Shown in pieces: positions 52,576 to 61,437 of a stretch of 64,000 nt of DNA. The position numbers were made by a program, and so were the translations under genes. The stretch's first letter is position 1, and each line of letters begins with the position of its first letter. The notes beneath the pieces were generated by a model that saw only the letters and a list, made by a program, of their open reading frames with translations, was not told the DNA's origin and did not search any database. Source of the stretch: Desulfomonilia bacterium (GTDB taxonomy: Bacteria > Desulfobacterota > Desulfomonilia > UBA1062); contig CAXXDQ010000003.1 of assembly GCA_963664325.2 (NCBI GenBank), positions 768,001-832,000 of the forward strand, read 5' to 3'.

Positions 52576-52600
52576 GGGACAGGTTATATAAACCTGTCCC
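52576..52600 (-). terminator. Terminator-like hairpin after the saccharopine-DH-like gene
   Basis: gggacaggtt-atata-aacctgtccc; T-run a few bases downstream on the minus strand. Confidence 0.55.
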
Positions 52601-52608
52601 CGGGATTG

Positions 52609-53718
52609 CTAATAAAGGCCGTCTTCGTAATAGAATATCTCGACGCCTTTTTTCTCGATTTCAGCAAGAAATGCCTCTGGTTTCTCGAGCAGCCTTTCAC
52701 ATGAATATACCCCTCCAGGCATATCATTGAATTTTCCCTCCAGTATCCACAGAGCGCCTGTCACGCACGGAATGGATGTGATCAGACCGATATGACCTAT
52801 ATATGAATAAGTGCGGTGAGCGGTTTTGCCTTTGTCAAAACCATAAACGTCAATTCTGCCGACCGATTTGTCCAGCCCGCCTTTCCCAAAAATACTTTCA
52901 ATCTTGTAAAAGAAGTTGGCAGCCTTTCTCCTGCTTTCGTGAGTATTGAACAGGCCGGTTTTTTCAATGACCATAAGAAGGAGAGGTATGTATGGGGGTT
53001 GAACTCCGCCATGAAGGGTGACTTCTGTCAATCCCTTGAGGTTTCTGGGAATGGAAACGCTTTCGGCGTGTCCGGTATAATATACGGGGAGTTCTCCCAT
53101 CGGGAACGGGAAATGAACAACCTTTCTGCCGTCTCCTGTTTTAACTTTCTGCTCAGTGCTCCTGATTGTCTGCAGTGTTGTACCGTGGAATATGTTGAAA
53201 AGGTGTGTAAGGTTTGCCGGGCCTGCAGCCTCGTTGGAACCTGCTGCCCAGTGTATATTTATACGTTTCGGATTATCCATGGAGTTGTAGCCTTTTCGTG
53301 CAAGCGCCTGTGTTATTCCTGGAGAATTGCCCCAGCCGGTCAGGATCTTAATGCCCTTTTCCTTTGCCTTTGCATCGAGCTCGATTACGTCAAGGTATGC
53401 CTCATAGTCATCTGCTATAGATACATAAGGTTTTCCTGCTTCAAGCGCTGCCTCGGCCAGGGGTTTTTCAAATACATAGAAAGGCCCGACAAAACCCAGT
53501 GATACATCGTGCTTTTTCATGAGCTCAACAACCTGGGCTCTGTTAGTTGCATCCAGTTTTGCCGCCTCGAATCTTGCATCTCTCCTTGCCGCCTCATCCT
53601 TTGCCTTGTCGAGGTTGAGGTCTGCGATTGTGACTTTCGTTACCTTGGTTTCTTTCTGAAGTTCATCAAGGGCATCCCTTGCCATATCGCCTGCGCCGCC
53701 AAGAACAACAACTTTCAT
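52609..53718 (-). CDS. Saccharopine dehydrogenase-family oxidoreductase
   Basis: VVVLGGAGDM, VGPFY, GWGNSPG, GHAES; GAGGAGG RBS. Confidence 0.82.
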   Translation of the reverse strand: MKVVVLGGAGDMARDALDELQKETKVTKVTIADLNLDKAKDEAARRDARFEAAKLDATNRAQVVELMKKHDVSLGFVGPFYVFEKPLAEAALEAGKPYVSIADDYEAYLDVIELDAKAKEKGIKILTGWGNSPGITQALARKGYNSMDNPKRINIHWAAGSNEAAGPANLTHLFNIFHGTTLQTIRSTEQKVKTGDGRKVVHFPFPMGELPVYYTGHAESVSIPRNLKGLTEVTLHGGVQPPYIPLLLMVIEKTGLFNTHESRRKAANFFYKIESIFGKGGLDKSVGRIDVYGFDKGKTAHRTYSYIGHIGLITSIPCVTGALWILEGKFNDMPGGVYSCERLLEKPEAFLAEIEKKGVEIFYYEDGLY

Positions 53719-53920
53719 AATCTTTACCTCCTCTCCTGATAAGTTATATTTTTCAAGGGGGTAATTTAAACCCAGTTGACAAAACAGGCAAGCAGGATTT
53801 CATGACATAACTTTTTATTCAAATTCAGATATATTGCTTCTTGAGGGCTTATAAAATATATTGGTTATGGGAAATACAGGATCAATTAATCTTGTTGAAA
53901 ATTTTGAAAATGGAGATTTT

Positions 53921-54790
53921 ATGAAAGATTACAAATCGATCAGTACAAGCACTCAATTCTGTGCTGTTATTGGAAATCCGGTTGCACACAGCCTTTCGCC
54001 GGCTATCCATAACGCCGCCTATGAGCATCTTGGACTTGACTTCGTCTATGTCTCGTCAAAAGTTGAGGATGTAAAAAGTGCACTGGCCGGTGTCAGGGCT
54101 TTGAGCAATTTCAGAGGATTGAGTGTTACCATCCCTCACAAGATCGAAATCATGAAATATGTGGATGAAATATCAGATGCAGACAGGGCGATAGGCTCCA
54201 TCAATACTGTCATACATGAAGGCAACAGACTTATCGGTCTGGGGACAGATGGTCCTGGAGCAATGAAAGCACTTATCGACGGCGGCGTCGAACTAGAAGG
54301 GCGGAATATCCTCATACTTGGCGCCGGAGGAGCGGCCAGGGCCATTTCTTTTACGTTGTCCATGAAAGCCGGAGTTGCTGGTATATTTCTGCTTGATATT
54401 AACAAAGGTCTGCTCACCAATCTGACAAAAGACCTCGTCTCGGAGACAAAAACTCATGTCAGTGCTGAACTTATTACTGAAAGGACTCTGACGGATGCTA
54501 TGAAAAGGTCCGATGTGGTCATCAACTGTACATCAGTCGGCATGCACCCGAATGAAGATGTGTCCCTTGTACCTACCGGAATGTTCAGGCATGGCCAGAT
54601 TGTCTTTGACATCGTGTATACGCCGCTTGAAACAAAACTTATCAAAGACGCAAAAGCCTGCGGCCTTAAAATTGTCCCGGGGGTTGAACTGTTCATTAAC
54701 CAGGCGGCTCTTCAGTTTGAGCATTTCACGGGCACCAAGGCTCCGGTGGGAGTCATGAGAAGGGTTGTTCTTGAAAAACTGAAGACATGA
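53921..54790 (+). CDS. aroE: Shikimate dehydrogenase
   Basis: GNPVAHSLSPAIHN, SVTIPHK, INT, TDG, GAGGAAR, NCTSVGM, DIVYTP. Confidence 0.93.
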   Translation: MKDYKSISTSTQFCAVIGNPVAHSLSPAIHNAAYEHLGLDFVYVSSKVEDVKSALAGVRALSNFRGLSVTIPHKIEIMKYVDEISDADRAIGSINTVIHEGNRLIGLGTDGPGAMKALIDGGVELEGRNILILGAGGAARAISFTLSMKAGVAGIFLLDINKGLLTNLTKDLVSETKTHVSAELITERTLTDAMKRSDVVINCTSVGMHPNEDVSLVPTGMFRHGQIVFDIVYTPLETKLIKDAKACGLKIVPGVELFINQAALQFEHFTGTKAPVGVMRRVVLEKLKT

Positions 54791-54825
54791 AACCGGGGGC
54801 TGAATTATTGCCGCTCAGGCTTCAA

Positions 54826-55978
54826 TCAATATAAGAACAACGGCTTGCCTTCAAGGTTCTTTATGTTCGGCCTGTATTTGTCAATATCATAGAATTCGTC
54901 GACATTCACCCTTTTGATGCCTGTTGTGACCATGCTTAGAGGGATATGGGTGTAAACACCCTGCTTGATTGCTAGCATCCGTCCGTAAACCTGTTTGCCT
55001 ATGAGGTCAAGCGCCAGGTTTGCAAAGTTGAATCCCACCATAAGGTCAACAGAATCGGGGGCGCCGCTTCTCATCATGTATCCGATCGACTGGTAGATCA
55101 CTTCCTGTCCAGTTATCTTTTTCAGGATATCGGCTGTAACCTGGCCTATGCCCCCGAGTTTTTTATGACCGTAAGGGTCTGCCTCACCGCTTTCAACGAT
55201 ATTGCCGCCCTTTATCATTGAGCCTTCGGAAATTGTCAGCATTGCATAGTTGCTCGGGTTTGACCTTTTGTCTTCCATAATAAGTGCCGCCAGTTTTTCA
55301 GGTTCAAACGGAACTTCTGAAATAAGTGCCCTGTCGACTGACGAAAGATAGGCAGCCATTAAACATGTTTCTCCGGAATTTCTTCCGAAAAGCTCAATCA
55401 CACCTATCCTTTCATGGGAGCCGACACTCGAACGCATGTTCGTTATCAGCTGCTCGCTCCGGCTGACCGCTGTTGAAAAACCGATGCAGTAGTCTGTTCC
55501 GAACACATCATTGTCCATTGTCTTAGGGATTGCCACTACCTTGACCCCTTCGCTGTGAAGCCGCTCACTATAGCTCTGAGTGTCATCACCTCCTAATGGG
55601 CACCAGGACATCCAGATTAAGGGATTCGACTACTTTCAGTGCATGCGGCGTCATATCAAACCTGTCGCCATCAGTTACCTTGTCTTTAAGGTGGGCAGGA
55701 ATATCTTTGGCTTTAACCTTTGAAGGATTAGTACGTGATGTGTGTAAAAACGTACCGCCTGACCGGTCCACCGTTCTGACGGTTTGCTTGTTCAATGGGA
55801 TTGCATTAAGCGCGTTATCCTTAAGGCTTAAATCCGGGTTGTAATTAAGGACGCCGAACCAGCCTCTTCTTATGCCTATCACTTCATGACCTTCGTCAAC
55901 CGCTCTGTAAACAAGGGCCTTGATGCATGGATTAAGCCCCGGTACATCCCCGCCCCCTGTAAGTATACCTATCCTCAT
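54826..55978 (-). CDS. pfkA: 6-phosphofructokinase, predicted PPi-dependent; one frameshift at ~55595
   Basis: [39 protein letters not shown]. Confidence 0.88.
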
Positions 55979-56080
55979 ACCTTTCCCTCCCCAAAAAAGT
56001 GTGTTTATGTTTACTTGCAGATTAAAAATTTTGTCAAGGGCCGTGTTTCTGTGCTTTTTCGTAGGGATTGATTTAAAGGG

Positions 56081-56926
56081 ATGTCTCTGTTAGAACTCTT
56101 TTTTAATATGGACCCGCTTCTGATTGAAAAAGCTGCAGATATTATTATAAATTCCCATCATGCAATAGCTCTCACCGGTGCCGGGATTTCCACCGAATCC
56201 GGTATCCCTGATTTCAGATCTCCAGGCGGAATTTGGGAAAGATATGATCCGATGATATTTTTCTTTGACAGATTTATTTCCCATCCTGAGAGTGTCTGGC
56301 GTTCTTTTATCGAAATGTTCACTGCAGGAGATCTGAACCTGTGGGATGCGAAGCCTAACCGCGGGCATGAGGCCTTATCGATACTTGAACAGGCTGGCCT
56401 TATCAAGACAGTCATCACACAGAACATTGATAATCTTCACCAGAAAGCGGGAAGCAGAAACGTTGTTGATTTCCATGGGAATATGCTTTTTGCAAAGTGT
56501 ATGAGCTGCTCGAATAAATTCTGGTATGAAGAGGTGATTGAAAAGGTTGTACATGCCATACCGCCTTTGTGCACTTGCGGAGGCCTTTTGAAACCGGATG
56601 CAGTATTCTTTGGAGAACCTATCCCGGCCGATGCGATGAGAAAATCAATCGACGAGGCCGACATATGCGATCTGATGCTTGTTATTGGGACCTCGGCACA
56701 GGTTGAACCGGCGGCTTCTCTACCCCTGATTGCAAAAGGAATGAAATCCGCCTCAAGAAGGCTAAGCGGTTTTTATGCATCCATCAAAGAATGCAGGATT
56801 ATAGAAATTAACAGGGAACCTACGCCGTTGACAGGCAGGGTATCGGATTTTATTATACAGGGATCAACAGGGGCCGTTCTTCAATCTATTGTTGAGAGTA
56901 TCAGGAAGGTAAAGAGAATAAAATGA
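56081..56926 (+). CDS. cobB: Sir2-family NAD-dependent protein deacylase
   Basis: [25 protein letters not shown], Zn-binding cysteines, [13 protein letters not shown]. Confidence 0.92.
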   Translation: MSLLELFFNMDPLLIEKAADIIINSHHAIALTGAGISTESGIPDFRSPGGIWERYDPMIFFFDRFISHPESVWRSFIEMFTAGDLNLWDAKPNRGHEALSILEQAGLIKTVITQNIDNLHQKAGSRNVVDFHGNMLFAKCMSCSNKFWYEEVIEKVVHAIPPLCTCGGLLKPDAVFFGEPIPADAMRKSIDEADICDLMLVIGTSAQVEPAASLPLIAKGMKSASRRLSGFYASIKECRIIEINREPTPLTGRVSDFIIQGSTGAVLQSIVESIRKVKRIK

Positions 56927-57090
56927 AAAATTACATCACTTGTCCCAATAGAAAAGGCAATCCAAAAATATCAGTGGAGGTGTGTGCGAGTTCCTGCAGA
57001 AGGAGAAAGACCTGCAAAGATTTTTATATATTCAGAAACCCGCCGTTAACCCCGGAACTTGCAAATGTGGTATTGCGTCAAAGGGCTTAA
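56923..57090 (+). CDS. Small 55-aa Cys-rich protein (missing from the ORF track)
   Basis: [55 protein letters not shown]; ATGA overlap with the cobB stop. Confidence 0.55.
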   Translation: MKNYITCPNRKGNPKISVEVCASSCRRRKTCKDFYIFRNPPLTPELANVVLRQRA

Positions 57091-57162
57091 TGTTACCCTG
57101 GGGTTTTTGCCGGTCTTTTCTTTCAATCCCGATCCTTAATAAAGAAAAAAGGAGACTCTGGC

Positions 57163-58281
57163 ATGGAAATTAAAAGAAGAGATTTTATCAGGATAACCGG
57201 CGGATTCATGCTGCTTTCGAGCATGCCGGCGCTTTACGGATTCGGTGATCTAACGAGAAAAGATATCAAAGAGGATGATTATGGCAGGCTTTCCGGGCTT
57301 TTAAGCAAGGATGAATTTGATATCCTCTCTCTTGCATCATTAGCGCCTAGCGGACATAACACCCAGCCATGGAGAATAAGGGTAATGGAACCCGGGAAAT
57401 GGATGCTGGGTTCCGTAAGGCAGAGATGGCTTCCGGGAGTTGATCCCGCAAACAGGGAATTGATGCTTTCCATAGGGGCTTTCCTGAGAAATCTGGAGAT
57501 TGCTGCTAATACAAAAGGTTACAGTTTGAGTATCGATGTTCTTTCCATTGACCCCAAAGACAATTCAATCGCAGAAATAACACTGAAAAAAGCCAAGCCC
57601 GCATCTTTCAATATTGAAAAGATTAAGTCAAGGCGTACAGTCAGAAACGGTCTTTCAAACCAGTCTCTGTCGTCAGCGGATTTATCTTTCATAACCAGCG
57701 GCAATAAAGATGATTTTATTCATATTCCCAGGGGATCGAAGGAGGCATCATATCTACAGACTGCAACTGTTGAGGCAAACCGCACTCAATCCAACCGCAA
57801 GCCAGCGTGGGAAGAACTTTCAAACTGGATAAGGTGGTCTAACGGCGATGCGAGAAAATATAGAAACGGACTTACGCCGGCGGCAATGGATATTAAAGGA
57901 CTTGCAGGATGGTTTGTAAGGCATTTTTACAACCAAAAGACGGTTCTGACTGACGATTTCAGAAAAAAATCGATTGAGATGGTAACAGAACAGGTTTCAA
58001 ACTATGGAGGCTGGATAATAATGAATTCTCAGAAGTCTGATATTGATTCTCTCATCTCTACCGGGTCGAAATTTCAGGATATGTTCCTTAATACAAGAGA
58101 AAAGATGATTGCCATACACCCCATGACACAGATACTTGAAGAACTTCCGTTTAAGGATTCCGTTAACAAAGAGCTTGGCATCGGAAAGAAAATCCAGTTT
58201 ATTTTAAGAGCCGGCTATCTGAAAAAATATCCTGAACCTGTAAGCCTGAGGATGCCTGTTTCCTGGTTTGTAAGCTCTTAG
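57163..58281 (+). CDS. Tat-exported Acg-family FMN-binding nitroreductase-like protein
   Basis: KRRDFIR Tat motif, LAPSGHNTQPW, SRRTVR, HPMTQILE. Confidence 0.82.
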   Translation: MEIKRRDFIRITGGFMLLSSMPALYGFGDLTRKDIKEDDYGRLSGLLSKDEFDILSLASLAPSGHNTQPWRIRVMEPGKWMLGSVRQRWLPGVDPANRELMLSIGAFLRNLEIAANTKGYSLSIDVLSIDPKDNSIAEITLKKAKPASFNIEKIKSRRTVRNGLSNQSLSSADLSFITSGNKDDFIHIPRGSKEASYLQTATVEANRTQSNRKPAWEELSNWIRWSNGDARKYRNGLTPAAMDIKGLAGWFVRHFYNQKTVLTDDFRKKSIEMVTEQVSNYGGWIIMNSQKSDIDSLISTGSKFQDMFLNTREKMIAIHPMTQILEELPFKDSVNKELGIGKKIQFILRAGYLKKYPEPVSLRMPVSWFVSS

Positions 58282-58284
58282 AAT

Positions 58285-60369
58285 ATGCACGGATTTGTTG
58301 ATACTTTCCTTACCTTCATCCAGCTTCACAGGGAACTTGGTTATCTGGCCATGTTCCTTATTTCTGTTCTGGAGTCGGTCGCCTTTGTAGGGGAAATAAT
58401 TCCCGGCACTACACTGCTGGTTGTTATCGGGGCCATGGCAGCAAAGGGAGTACTGGACCCGGAAATACTTATTCTGGTGTCCTCGCTCGGGGCAATTGCC
58501 GGAGATGTCTTCAGCTTCTGGCTTGGCAGGAAAGGGGAAGGGGTCCTCGGCAGGTTCGGGAGATTTGTAAAACAAGAGCACCTTGAAAAGGGAAGGTCAT
58601 TCGTAAAAAGGCATGGCAGCAAGAGCATCTTTCTTGGAAGATTCATAGGCCCCTTAAGACCCATTGTGCCCTTTGTTGCCGGTCTTTTCAGCATGGGAGT
58701 TAAAAAATTTATTATCTGGGATGTAATAAGCGCAATAAGCTGGTCAATGGTATATATATATCTAGGAAATGCCCTCTGGATTGTATGGGAATTTGCAAAG
58801 TTGTGGAGCACAAGGGGCGGGGTGATCGCACTCCTTCTTCTGGCAACGGTAATTACCATATATCTTCTCCGTGAATACATAGCCCATCAGAGCATGGTTT
58901 TCCTGATGCATACCGGGAATGCATGGGACAGGCTGGTCGGTTATTTCCAAGCCAGTTCTTCAGGTATAATCCGGTTCCTGGGCCGTAGAATTGACAGGAC
59001 CCGTTTCACGGGATTCAAGCTTACACTGGCCTCTTCTGTTTTCCTTTTGTTTCTTGCCATGCTCACAGCAATAGCGGTGGAAGTTGTCGGAACCGATATA
59101 GTTCCCGATTCCGATCTGAGATTTGCCAGTTATCTCTACATTTTCAGGACACCCGGCATGGTGAAGTTTTTCTCATGGACAGGAATCCTTGGAAATTTGT
59201 GGGCGATTGTTACACTGGGTATTGTCGTAATGGCAATGATGTGGCTGGTTAAAGAAGCCGGGTATATATTCCCCATGTGGGTGGGAATTGTCGGCAGTTA
59301 TATCTGTACCCTGGCCGGCGGCATATTTTTTAAACGCCCGGTTCCTGCAATGCCGGCTGTTGCAGAGCATGTCCATTACTTCCCCAGCGCCTACTCCAGC
59401 GTATCCATAATGTTTTACGGCTATATTATTTACTTTGTTCTCAAGACCTCTGAAAATTTGAGAACCAGGCTCAATACGGTATTTTTAATTGTACCAGTTA
59501 TTATTCTTATAGGCATTTCAAGGATATACCTGGGCATACAATATTTTACGGATATAGAGGCCGGATGGGCCCTGGGGATTTTGTGGCTTGTTATGTCCAT
59601 TCTGATTGCCGAATATTTGGAGTATACCCATCCGCATGGGCATATCCATGCATTACCCCCTAAAATCAAGGCGTTATGTAGTGCTCTTGTCGCATGCTGG
59701 ATTGTGCTGTTTTTCCTATATGGAATAAGCGAATATTCAAAATTTGTTCATGAGGAACAGACTTCTTTTTTTAAAGAATTAAATAATCCGGAAGATATTT
59801 TCATTAAGGAACATCTTCCAAGATACTCGGAATCCTTGTTTGGTGATAGACGGGAACCAATCAACATAATAATTTCGGCGGTAAATTCGGACGAACTAAA
59901 GAATTCCATGGAAAAAGCAGGCTGGAAACTTGCGGATATGTCAAGTTTTTCAAATGTTCTCAAAAGGGCCAAGGCTATCATAACGAAAGAAGACTACTAT
60001 AATGCACCGGTAACTCCTGCTTTCTGGTGTTCGAAAATCCAGGATATTTCCTTTGAAAAGCCTGCCCTTAAAGAGGGAATTGCTGAAATGCATTGGGTGA
60101 GATTATGGAAAACTGGTATAAAAACATACGATAATAAGGAGATATTTGCAGGATATGCCTCGTATGACATCAGCCTTGGTTCAAAGATTATCCATCAGAT
60201 AAAACCTGATATTGATGCGGAGAGGGATGCACTCTTCAATTCCCTTAAACAATCAGGGGCAGCCCAGTCTTATGACAGAATAAAATTGATCGGCAAAGTC
60301 AGTAAAAAGAAACTCTTTGAACGTACATACTTTACAGACGGCATGGCTGTTGTAATTGTCCTGAGATGA
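58285..60369 (+). CDS. DedA-PAP2-LssY C-terminal fusion membrane protein
   Basis: LES...IPG and GRFIGPLR (DedA); SRIYLG (PAP2); EPINII, APVTP, IKPDIDAERD (LssY_C). Confidence 0.82.
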   Translation: MHGFVDTFLTFIQLHRELGYLAMFLISVLESVAFVGEIIPGTTLLVVIGAMAAKGVLDPEILILVSSLGAIAGDVFSFWLGRKGEGVLGRFGRFVKQEHLEKGRSFVKRHGSKSIFLGRFIGPLRPIVPFVAGLFSMGVKKFIIWDVISAISWSMVYIYLGNALWIVWEFAKLWSTRGGVIALLLLATVITIYLLREYIAHQSMVFLMHTGNAWDRLVGYFQASSSGIIRFLGRRIDRTRFTGFKLTLASSVFLLFLAMLTAIAVEVVGTDIVPDSDLRFASYLYIFRTPGMVKFFSWTGILGNLWAIVTLGIVVMAMMWLVKEAGYIFPMWVGIVGSYICTLAGGIFFKRPVPAMPAVAEHVHYFPSAYSSVSIMFYGYIIYFVLKTSENLRTRLNTVFLIVPVIILIGISRIYLGIQYFTDIEAGWALGILWLVMSILIAEYLEYTHPHGHIHALPPKIKALCSALVACWIVLFFLYGISEYSKFVHEEQTSFFKELNNPEDIFIKEHLPRYSESLFGDRREPINIIISAVNSDELKNSMEKAGWKLADMSSFSNVLKRAKAIITKEDYYNAPVTPAFWCSKIQDISFEKPALKEGIAEMHWVRLWKTGIKTYDNKEIFAGYASYDISLGSKIIHQIKPDIDAERDALFNSLKQSGAAQSYDRIKLIGKVSKKKLFERTYFTDGMAVVIVLR

Positions 60370-60379
60370 TGAAACAGGA

Positions 60380-61063
60380 TTAACCTGGTTTTTTTGTCCC
60401 CTTTTCTATGTCGATTATCACATGGCCTCCCGGGAATTCCTTGGTTACAAATGGATCCAGGGAATCCATCTTGCGGATGATGTCCCTGATCTTTCTTGAT
60501 TCGTTAAGAATTTCACCTGCCATTGACCTTATATCATCATTCTGCGTGGCTCTCTGTATTTCATGTGCGAGTCCCATCAGAACTGTGAGCGGCTGGAAAA
60601 CCTCATGCGACATGGTAGTTGCAAGCTCTGCGACAAGTCCCACCTGACTCAGACGATCCAGATCGTCGCGCTTGGAAATGAAATCAAACGCCCTTAGTAC
60701 GGTATTGAGGAGAAATTCAGGGACAAATGGTTTTATGATGTAGTCATATGCCCCAAGCCTTAGTGCCACGATAACACTGTCAATACTTGCATGGTCCGTC
60801 ATAACGATAATCAGGCTGTCTTTTTTCTTTTTTTTAAGGAAATCGATGATGCCGAAACCGTCTATATCGGACATTTCCAGATTTGTTATCACGATCGGGA
60901 AATTTTCTTCGCTCAGGATTTCCAAAGCCTCTTTCCCGCCTTCGGCACGTATGACTTCCAAACCTTGGGATACAAGTAATTCTTCGATCAGATATGCATT
61001 GGTATCATCCTGTTCGATAACTAGAGTTTTTCTTGTGAGGATATCTTTCTTTCTATCCGGCAT
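60380..61063 (-). CDS. Atypical receiver-domain protein with a HisKA-like C-terminal helix pair
   Basis: REC fold (GAYDYIIKPF) followed by TMSHEVFQPLTVL H-box; no HATPase domain. Confidence 0.78.
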   Translation of the reverse strand: MPDRKKDILTRKTLVIEQDDTNAYLIEELLVSQGLEVIRAEGGKEALEILSEENFPIVITNLEMSDIDGFGIIDFLKKKKKDSLIIVMTDHASIDSVIVALRLGAYDYIIKPFVPEFLLNTVLRAFDFISKRDDLDRLSQVGLVAELATTMSHEVFQPLTVLMGLAHEIQRATQNDDIRSMAGEILNESRKIRDIIRKMDSLDPFVTKEFPGGHVIIDIEKGTKKPG

Positions 61064-61158
61064 GAAGAACACAATAAATAAGGCTTTATAATAAATCAAT
61101 AAGCAAGTCTGAAAGTATATAGATAAACGGCAGAGAAAAGCTGAAGTTTAATGCCTGC

Positions 61159-61347
61159 CTAGTGGAGGCAGCTTGTGATTCCTGAACTGCCTATGTATGC
61201 ATGAACCAGGGCGACGATAGGGGAGGACATGCGATTCGGGTGTTCACCGTATTCGACGACAAACCTTTCTCCTGCGAAGTAAATTACGACAGGCCTCACG
61301 CCTTCCCAATTTCCTTTGCTCTGGTTTAGAGTTTCTGTCATCATCAT
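61159..61347 (-). CDS. Small hypothetical protein
   Basis: 62-aa ORF preceded by GAGGAG, filling the gap between mutS and the receiver gene on the same strand. Confidence 0.45.
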   Translation of the reverse strand: MMMTETLNQSKGNWEGVRPVVIYFAGERFVVEYGEHPNRMSSPIVALVHAYIGSSGITSCLH

Positions 61348-61437
61348 ACTCGCCTGTCTCCTCTTTCGTGTCCTGCTGTTATGTATCGGCGGTAATTAAA
61401 ATCCCTTAACAGGGATAATTGAATAATTGTAAATCTA

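Noticed and set aside
52274-52730. ORFs 52274-52486 (-) and 52341-52730 (+)
   Set aside because: They overlap tRNA-Gly and its promoter; translation artefacts
56081-56926. Sir2-based antiphage defence system (Thoeris/DSR-like)
   Set aside because: Canonical Zn-binding CobB-type deacylase in housekeeping context, with no TIR, HerA or pAgo partner
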